The position numbers and the translations under genes are program-made. The notes under the pieces were generated by a model, which had not been told where the DNA came from, did not search any database, and was given only the letters and a program-made list of their open reading frames with translations. Shown here piece after piece: positions 55,095-64,000 of a stretch of DNA of 64,000 bases. Numbering within the stretch: the stretch's first letter is position 1; every line of letters starts with the position of its first letter. The DNA comes from Eledone cirrhosa (lineage: Eukaryota), in the NCBI GenBank assembly GCA_964016885.1, contig OZ024749.1, forward strand, positions 14,818,001 to 14,882,000, read 5' to 3'.

Positions 55095-55131
<37 letters not shown>

Positions 55132-55574
55132 ACCCATGGGTACAAGCTTAAGCATATAGACAATGTGCCCCCACACCCCCCACCGCAAGGTGGTCGTGGA
55201 GGTGCCACGGCAAAAAAGCACCCAGCCCACACTGTAAATTGGACGTGTAGGCGCCACGGAAAAAAGCACCCAGCACTCACTGTAAATGAGGTTGGTGTTA
55301 GGAAGAGCATCCAGCTGTAGAAATCAAGCCAAATCAGTTCCTGTATGAGCAAGGCATGGTCAGCCGACCAGACACTGCCCACAACAGGACAACCCGTCTA
55401 ACCCATGCTAGCGTGGAAGAACGGACGTAAAACGGTGATGATGATGATGATATATAAATTCAAAATATTAACAAAAATAGACAATTCTTGTGATCAAGTA
55501 TATTTTATTATACATATTTCAGTCATGACTGAATCTTAACCATCTACTATGTCAGGATATGTCATGCATCATCT

Positions 55575-55641
55575 TATTTTATCTGTTGAGGACGTACTGT
55601 TGAAGTTAGCTCAGTACCTCTGAAATATGTATAATAAAATA
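55575..55641 (+). ncRNA. Hammerhead motif (core mutated to CTGTTGA) inside a fold-back element with arms 55457-55522 / 55620-55685
   Basis: TATTTTAT-CTGTTGA-GGACGTACTG...CAGTACCTCT-GAA-ATA(TG)TAT-A^-ATAAAATA. Confidence 0.6.
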
Positions 55642-56879
55642 TACTTGATCACAAGAATTGTCTATTTTTGTTAATATTTTGAATTAATATTAATAACTCA
55701 GGAAAACCATTCTTGTTGAGTGCTTCCAATCTATTGTAAAACTCATTCTTTGATTTATTCATTGAACCTTGTTTAACCTTTAAATATATATATATATATG
55801 TAAAAGGTAAACAGAAATAACACAATCAGTACAGTATATGGAAGGAATATATTAGGTTAACACTTGAAATAGCAGGAAGAGGGTCTTAACGTTTTAAGAT
55901 TGAAGGGATGGACAGGGTGGACTAGGTTGGGAATGAAAAATAGATGGGCGAGAAGGAGGTGGTTTAAGAAGATTGTAATAGAGAAAAAGTGATAGTGAGT
56001 CGTGGTATATTAAAAAAATGCAAGAAGCAAAGAAAATATCAGTGATACGGAAAGATTTCCTGGTGGAAGTTCAGGTAAACTCCGGGTGTATATCCAGTTT
56101 CAGAGTGAAAATCCAATTATAATTATACACACACACACATACATATATATAATGTAGAAGTGATATATGATATAAGGCTAAACAATGTAAAATGGATGGT
56201 AAGATGAAGGTAATGAAAAAGTTAGTTACCTGGGAATTTTTTTTTCTTTCGCCCTAATAAAAAAAAAACAAAGATTACCAGGTGACTAACTTCTTTGTTA
56301 CCTTCATCTTACCATCCATTTTTCATTGTTTAGTCTTATATCATATATCACTTTATATACAATGCTTCAAGCAATCTACAACATTATATATACTAACAGA
56401 AAACCACCTTTCGGGTGGTTTTCTGCTAGTATGTGTAGTGTGTATATTGATATTATATGCAAGTATATATACATGTAGATTTGATACATCAAATAAAATC
56501 GTAATTGACAATATACACAGAGATTGAACGAAGACGTTGTTACACTGTCTTATGTAATCAGTACAGTATCCATGATACATTAAAAAAGACGATATTATAT
56601 ATAAACTACATTAGGAAAAAATTAGAGACAGAAAATTAGTATGTTTATTTAAGTGATCGCCAACCGGAAGTGTTGACATTTCAGAAATTTTAAAGAAGTA
56701 AATCTTTAAATAAATAAAATATATTTAATCAACAGCCACAAAATTTAGTAGATAAATTATGTAATATCCATTCATTATTTATTCAAAGTAATCCAACTTA
56801 TTTTACTAATGGGATAAAAAATTATAAACCGTACGCAATCCCGCAGGCCTTCCTTTATCATAGTTTAGATATATATCTC

Positions 56880-57031
56880 AGAAAAGGTGTGGTAAAATAC
56901 CAGGTGTACCATAACCCACCACAGTACTCAATACTTGGGGCAATAGAGTGGGTAATATGAAAAGATTCAGTACCCCAACGGCTGAGCTCCAGCCGTTTCG
57001 ACAGCTAGATCCAAACAGGAGTACTGAATCT

Positions 57032-57038
<7 letters not shown>
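56880..57038. mobile_element. Family A relative with short inversion (other relatives at 34735-34850, 38290-38413, 57925-57960)
   Basis: ACGGCTGAGCTCCAGCCGTTTCGACAGCTAG. Inverted ATGAAAAGATTCAGTAC / GTACTGAATCTTTTCAT. Confidence 0.6.
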
Positions 57039-57074
<36 letters not shown>

Positions 57075-57502
57075 CATACACACACACACTTATACATATA
57101 TAGACAGATGTGGACTCTGTAAGCTATATTGAAGGCAACCCACCTAGGAGAGTAGACACTGAATAAAAATTGCTATAGAGTGGAGTGGACTCTCAAGTCC
57201 GGCAAAACAACTTCTCTAGTGCTGGTGGCGCGAATAATGTACCGAGTTCACACTGAAGTGATTGGTTATAGGAAGGGCATCCAACCTGAAAAAAATCCTG
57301 CCAACACTATGGAAAGCACACACATATGTAAACCAAGCCAGAAATATAACCTTATAAATAAGCAAGTTCCAGGCAGCTAACACAGTCAGATGAAGCAGTA
57401 AAGCTGAAACTTCAAAGGAACTGCCACTCTACACTTTGCTTACCAGTATTAAGTACTCATTTAATGCTAGAATGTTTTAAGTACAATGGTATTTTAAACA
57501 CC

Positions 57503-57536
<34 letters not shown>

Positions 57537-57689
57537 GATAGATAAATCTACCAAAATATACGCTTGTGTCCAATCCGTATGGAAGAACTCAATGTAATCT
57601 AAATATCATGAAAAGAGAAGATGCATTCAAAAATTTTCGATAAAAATCATAGGAAAACAGAGTCAAGATAAATTAATAAAAACAATGAA

Positions 57690-57903
57690 ATAAAAACAAA
57701 GAACAAGTTCCTTATATTAAAAAATTCCTCACTTTACGATCATTTCTAGGATGTATATGTGAAGGTATGTATATTTTCTCTGATAATTTGTAATATTTTT
57801 ACATAGATCTATATGATATACATACCAACACACATATACACCCTAGAAATGATCATAAAATGATGAATTTTTTAATATAAGGAACTTGTTCTTTGTTTTT
57901 ATT
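57690..57903. repeat. Imperfect inverted repeat (about 80-bp arms), probably a Penelope-like fold-back (relative at 3120-3215)
   Basis: AATAAAAACAAAGAACAAGTTCCTTATATTAAAAAATTC...TCATTTCTAGG mirrored at 57840-57903. Confidence 0.6.
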
Positions 57904-57958
57904 AATATTAATATATATATAAATAACGAAGGAAATGTGGTAAGGAACCAGATGGACC

Positions 57959-57990
<32 letters not shown>

Positions 57991-58669
57991 CGGGAGAGTG
58001 AGAGAGAGAGTGAGAGAGAGTTTATGTTCATACACGGAAACAAAAGCACTACCTAAGGTTTTAAGGCCCAATATGGACCATATCTCCAGAATGTGAGAAG
58101 GGTCGAAATTGTGACCCATCTTCAGGCACTTATACGAGTTTATAACATTCCTGCTCTCATCCTGATTGAGCACCGTTTTCCTTTCTCACACCTACGGATA
58201 TTGCTATATATATAAACAGTTTATATATATAAATATCCAAGGTGTCAAGTAGGTTTGAAATTCAGTCACTTGACGCCATGAAAACTAGGATAAGCACTAG
58301 CCCAATAAACCTCTACTCCAGACTTGTGACAGACTAACTTAACTTCTATAAACGTATTTTATATATATATATATATATATATGATAAATGAAATAAATGA
58401 TATCGAGATCGTGTAGGTGTCACAACAGAAAAAACACAGTCCACGCTGTAATGTGGCCGTGTAGGTAACACGGTATAAAGTTCCCAGTTCCACACTGTAA
58501 ATATGGTTGGTGTTAGGAAGGGCATCCAGCCGTAGAAAACCTGCCAGATAGTCCTATACGAGCGAGACACGGCCACCCGACCTACCTTGCCTCAAGTGGG
58601 ACAACTCCCATCTAACCCATGCTAGCGTGGAAAGTGGACGTTAAACTAAGATGATGATGATGATGATGT

Positions 58670-58925
58670 GGAGGCACGTGGCGTAGTGGTAAGGGTGTTG
58701 GACTTACGACCATAATGTAGTGGGCTCGATTCCCGGGTTGCGTGTTGTGTTCTTGAGCAAAACACTTCATTTCACGTTGCTCCAGTATACTCAGCTGAAA
58801 ATGAGTATCGTTTAACCCTGCGATGGACTGGTGTCCTGTCCGGGGGGAGTCTTGTACTCTCAGTCGCTTGATGCCATGAAACCGGGATAAGCACCGGCCA
58901 AATGAGCCTTCTGGCTTAAGACAGA
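58670..58925 (+). mobile_element. tRNA-CORE SINE
   Basis: GTGGCGTAGTGG, GGCTCGATTCCC, TTCTTGAGCAAAACACTT, CCTGCGATGGACTGG. Confidence 0.75.
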
Positions 58926-58992
58926 CTTTAGATATATGTATATATCATCATCATCATCGTTTAACGTCCATCTTCCACGCTTGCATGGGTTT

Positions 58993-59043
<51 letters not shown>

Positions 59044-59149
59044 TTGATGTAACATTGCCAGTAAACTGCTGCATTGAACAAAAATAAGGGTGAGTTACCC
59101 CACTTACATATATAAACTATATACGCCTACAGTCACGCACAAATATTTC

Positions 59150-59498
59150 ACAGACACGTGTTCCCTTAACGTGGTTCTCGGGGAGATTCAGCGTGGCACA
59201 GAACGTGACGTGGCTGGCCATTTGAATTACAGGTACACTCCATGTTTATAGTGCAAGTCGCTGAGCATTCCACAGACAAGTGTACCCTTAACGTGGTTCT
59301 CAAGGAGATTCAGTGTGACACAGAAAGTGACATGTCTGGCTATTTGAATTACAGGTACAACTTATTTCTGCCAGCTGAGTGGACTGGAGCAACGTGAAAT
59401 AAAATGTCTTGCTCAAGGACACAATGTGCCGCTGGGAATCAAACTCATGACCTTACGACTGTGAGTTGAATACCCTAACCACAAAGCCGTGTGCCTTC
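59150..59498 (-). mobile_element. tRNA-CORE SINE with duplicated tail
   Basis: Reverse complement of the 12899 family. Confidence 0.75.
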
Positions 59499-59547
59499 AT
59501 TTCAAGATAACAACACTATTGTTAACAACCCATACAGGATATATACA

Positions 59548-59715
59548 AGGAGCAGTGGTTTTGAAGACATGAAAAAGGTGAAGGAGACTGTGACAAGGGT
59601 CCTGGACACCCCAGACTTTGAAGGACTTCCATGGGACCTTCACGAAGTGGTTGGAACACTCTGGATCCCTTCAATGTGAAGGAATTCCATGGGACCTTCA
59701 TGAAGTGGTTGGAGC
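59548..59715 (+). mobile_element. Mariner transposase C-terminal remnant
   Basis: FEDMKKVKETVTRVLDT / DFHGTFTKWLE, partly duplicated. Confidence 0.55.
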
Positions 59716-60500
59716 TGGGTGTATAACTTTACTATTGTTAATATACAGGATATATAATGCTGGGTGTATAACTTTACTATTGTTAATATACATGATATAT
59801 AATGCTGGGTGTATAATTTTACTATTGTTAATATACAGGATATATAATGCTGGGTGTATAACTTTACTATTGTTAATATACATGATATATAATGCTGGGT
59901 GTATAACTTTACTATTGTTAATATACATGATATATAATGCTGGGTGTATAACTTTACTATTGTTAATATACATGATATATAATGCTGGGTGTATAACTTT
60001 ACTATTGTTAATATACATGATATATAATGCTGGGTGTATAACTTTACTATTGTTAATATACATGATATATAATGCTGGGTGTATAATTTTACTATTGTTA
60101 ATATACAGGATATATAATGCTGGGTGTATAACTTTACTATTGTTAATATACAGGATATATAATGCTGGGTGTATAACTTTACTATTGTTAATATACATGA
60201 TATATAATGCTGGGTGTATAACTTTACTATTGTTAATATACATGATATATAATGCTGGGTGTATAACTTTACTATTGTTAATATACATGATATATAATGC
60301 TGGGTGTATAACTTTACTATTGTTAATATACAGGATATATAATGCTGGGTGTATAACTTTACTATTGTTAATATACATGATATATAATGTTGGGTGTATA
60401 ACTTTACTATTGTTAATATACAGGATATATGTTTGGTGTATAACCATACTATTGTTAATATATATATATTGATATATATATAATGCAGGATGTATAATCA
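59714..60500. repeat. 45-bp minisatellite, about 17 copies
   Basis: Unit GCTGGGTGTATAACTTTACTATTGTTAATATACA(G/T)GATATATAAT. Confidence 0.95.
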
Positions 60501-61025
60501 TATATCAACATCATCAACAGTGACAAACAATAGATATAACATCAAAAACAGGAGTTTTAAAAAATTTGAAAAGGTTTTGGTAACAGTATTTCGGTGGAGG
60601 CGATGGTAGATGGGGTGTTGGGGTTGATGGTGGGGGCAGGGTGATGGTTGGGGTGGGGTGATAGTGGGGTTGAGGTGATGGTGGTATTGTGTAATGTGGG
60701 GTGTCAGGTGTAAAAACACCCTACGATCATAGGACTTGCTGGTGGTGGTGGTGGTGTCGGATGGGGAGGTGTCAGGTGTAAAGGGATGGGTGGGAGTGGG
60801 GGTGTCAGGTGTACAGAGAGGTGTTGGGATAATATCAGGTGTAAAATGGAGATGGGAGGTGTTGTAAGTGGTATCAGGTGTAAAAAAGGGGGAGTGTGAG
60901 GTGTTGGGAGTGGTGGGATGTATCAGGTGTAAAAAAAGGGGGAGTGTTAGGTGGTGTTGGGAGTGTTGGGGTGGTATCAGGTGTAAAAAAAAGGGGGAGT
61001 GTGAAATACATACATAACACCGTAC

Positions 61026-61192
61026 CGTCATGGGACTTGCTGGTGGCATCCCAGGTATCTGAGGAGCTAATATCACATTTGTTAGAATACCGTGCTCATC
61101 AACGATCTGCTGTACCATATGGCCTGGAGCCACTTGCATAGGCATAGGTAAGGGTGGACCACTATTAGAGACCATCCGGACTGTGGCAGGAC
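61026..61192 (-). CDS. FNDC3A: Internal coding exon of an FNDC3A/FNDC3B (mtgo)-like fibronectin type III domain protein gene
   Basis: Acceptor (TTG)nCAG|GT, donor ACG|GTACGG. 167 nt, phase 1 to phase 0, encoding (G)PATVRMVSNSGPPLPMPMQVAPGHMVQQIVDEHGILTNVILAPQIPGMPPASPMT. Recalled to resemble the conserved FNDC3 N-terminal segment (GPA.V.M.S...P...VPPG...Q...D..G....V...PQ). Confidence 0.78.
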
Positions 61193-61984
61193 CTGCAACA
61201 ACAACAACAACAACATTAATAACAACAAAGTTTAAACATTTTTTTTTTTTTACAACAAAACATAATACACTTCTTCCTGCTGAATATGGACCATTCATCC
61301 CCACTGACCTGACCGGCAGAATATGACCCCTGACCCCATTGGTAGTTGAATATGACCCCTGACCCAAATGGTGGTGGGATATGACCTCCGACCCCACTGC
61401 GTGCCAGAATATGACCTCAACCCCATTGGCAGGTAAAATATGACCTCTGGATGTATATGACCCACGACCCTGGTACATCATCCATGGACCATTTCATGTT
61501 CTGGTATTAAGCAATCCAGAGATCATTTGAAACCCTGGCATTAAACTCTGGTGCTAAGTGATCCATGGATCATTTGAAACTCTGGTATTAAGCAATCCAT
61601 AGATCATTTGAAACCCCGGCATTAAACTCTGGTATTAAGCAATCCACAGATCATTTGAAATCCCGGCATTAAACTCTGGTATTAAGCAATCCATAGATCA
61701 TTTGAAAGCCTAGTGTTAAACAATCTGCAGATCATTTGAAATCCTGGCATTAAGCATTCCATGGATCATTTGAAACCCTGGAGTTAAACAATCCATAGTT
61801 CATTCCAGAACCTCAGATTAAAATCTGTTCTAAACATCAAATTAATTAATATATCAAGAAAGAAAAGAAAAGAAAAGAAAAGAAAAAAGCAAATGACAAT
61901 TTATGTTCTGAGAAGTTCTGTTAATTATCTTGATAATTAATTGATGAACTTGATGCGGTTAGACAGCATCACACACACACGCGC

Positions 61985-62017
<33 letters not shown>

Positions 62018-62089
62018 TATATAGTGTTTGTGGTTAGACAAGTTCCCATACACAGTGTATTGAAGTTTGACTCAAGGTCACACACAAAC

Positions 62090-62160
<71 letters not shown>

Positions 62161-62221
62161 AATATATATATATAAATATATATATATATAAATATATATA
62201 TATATAAATATATATATATAT

Positions 62222-62560
62222 GGAGGCATAGTGGTTAGAGCATTGGCCTTGCAATCGAAATGTGAGTTCAATTCTCAGACCGGCTGATGTGTTGTTTCCT
62301 TGAGCAAGACACTTTATTTCACATTGCTCCAGTTTACTCAGCTGTAGAAATGAGATGATAGGGGCTGGGGTCCCTATCATTCCCCTGCAAAGTGGTCGTG
62401 GAGGTGCCATGGCAAAAAAGCACCCAGCACTCACTGTAAATGAGGTTGGTGTTAGGAAGGGCATCCAGCTGTAGAAATCAAGCCAGAATCAGTTCCCGTC
62501 CCACCCTTGCAAGCAGGGAAAAAGCAGACGTAAAATGAAATGATGATGATGATGATGATG
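62222..62560 (+). mobile_element. Same SINE family as 15341-15680
   Basis: Near-identical over its full length. Confidence 0.85.
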
Positions 62561-62574
62561 ATATATAAATATAA

Positions 62575-62631
<57 letters not shown>

Positions 62632-62807
62632 AATATATATATATATAAATATATATAAGATCCCGTTAAGGGTGAAAGCAGCGATTCCTTGCTTAAACTT
62701 TAATCTGTTATTTTAATAAATATTTGCTCTACGGTTCTTATATATTTGATATATATTTTCCTTATTGAGCCCTCTTTGGATTTTAGTCTTCAATTTTATT
62801 ATTATTA

Positions 62808-62821
62808 CTATATATATAAAT

Positions 62822-62852
<31 letters not shown>

Positions 62853-62999
62853 AATATATATAAATATATATATAAATATATATATAAATATATATATAAA
62901 TATATATATAAATATATATATAAATATATATATAAATATATATATAAATATATATATAAATATATATATAAATATATATATAAATATATATATAAATAT

Positions 63000-63038
<39 letters not shown>

Positions 63039-63051
63039 AATATATATATAA

Positions 63052-63094
<43 letters not shown>

Positions 63095-63179
63095 TATATA
63101 AATATATATAAATATATATAAATATATATAAATATATATAAATATATATATATATAAATATATATAAATATATATAAAT

Positions 63180-63210
<31 letters not shown>

Positions 63211-63220
63211 AATATATATA

Positions 63221-63252
<32 letters not shown>

Positions 63253-63293
63253 AATATATATATATAAATATATATATATATAAATATATAAAT

Positions 63294-63324
<31 letters not shown>

Positions 63325-63399
63325 AATATATATATATAAATATATATATATATAAATATATATACATATATAAATATATATATATATATAAATATATAT

Positions 63400-63430
<31 letters not shown>

Positions 63431-63476
63431 AATATATATATAAATATATATACATATATAAATATATATATATATA
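62808..63476. repeat. Long TA/TAAA microsatellite
   Basis: About 670 bp of almost pure A/T. Confidence 0.95.
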
Positions 63477-63734
63477 ACGCTGATGAATTAGTTTTGCGAG
63501 GTTTTTTTATATGAAATCGTGTGTCGAAACAAATATTGTTATACTTGGAGAGGGTCATATTTGTGTAATATTGCCAGAATTAATAACAGAACACACTCAC
63601 TGTTTGGTTGGTTTTCGCTTCTGTGTCTTTTATATCGGTAATCTAATTTATTCGGTCCTCAATGTTGCCATTGACTGACCAACGGTCAAAAATAATACAG
63701 ATACAATATAGACACAAACACATATATATAGTTT

Positions 63735-63776
63735 ATCAAAGTTCTTTCGTTGCACATCTGCAACATCATCAGTGGT
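63735..63776 (-). ncRNA. Minimal type I hammerhead motif in a related Penelope-like element (about 63478-63800)
   Basis: ACCA-CTGATGA-T-GTTGCA(GATG)TGCAAC-GAA-AG(AA)CT-T^-TGAT. Stem II covaries with the 25944 motif. Confidence 0.7.
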
Positions 63777-64000
63777 GCTATTGTTTCCTCCCATTACATT
63801 GTATATCTACGCCATCTTTATTTAGTCTGTTTATATATTTATTTATTTATTTATTTGTTTGTTTGTTTATTTTATTTTGTCTTCTTTGCGCATGCGTTTG
63901 CGTGTGTGTATAGTGTTTTGTTTGATGTGCGTTCGTGATTGGGTGACTGTGTATAGGTTAATGTATTCTATGTTTACTAGTGTGTGCTTATATGTGTTTG

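Noticed and set aside
60498-61481. 327-aa ORF as a single gene
   Set aside because: Only 61026-61192 is exon-like. The rest is open by chance through intronic repeats.
63479-63532. Plus-strand CTGATGA...GAAAC as a hammerhead
   Set aside because: No convincing stems I-III around the motifs.

Overview
AT-rich, microsatellite-saturated animal genomic DNA. The SINE and RTE repertoire suggests an octopod cephalopod (inference). The only recognisable host coding sequence is one 167-nt minus-strand exon (61026-61192) matching the N-terminal region of FNDC3A/B (Drosophila mtgo), so most of the window is probably one very large intron. Mobile elements include a near-intact RTE LINE (APE-RT with a PHD finger inside the RT; about 50.56-54.3/55.1 kb) plus truncated relatives. 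Five co-oriented Tx1/L1-type 3' fragments sit in (GATA)n-type repeats. There are also a CRE-like RLE remnant, tRNA-derived SINEs, TTAA piggyBac-type and mariner MITEs, and an LTR-like insert. At least six minisatellites visibly derive from pieces of these elements. The most striking hidden layer is a set of short, non-coding fold-back elements in (TA)n. They carry type I hammerhead ribozyme motifs (at least five sequence families, one pair showing stem covariation) and have the inverted/partial-tandem architecture of Penelope-like elements. Several fold back at or beside the ribozyme core. Most long ORFs in the six-frame track are repeat artefacts.
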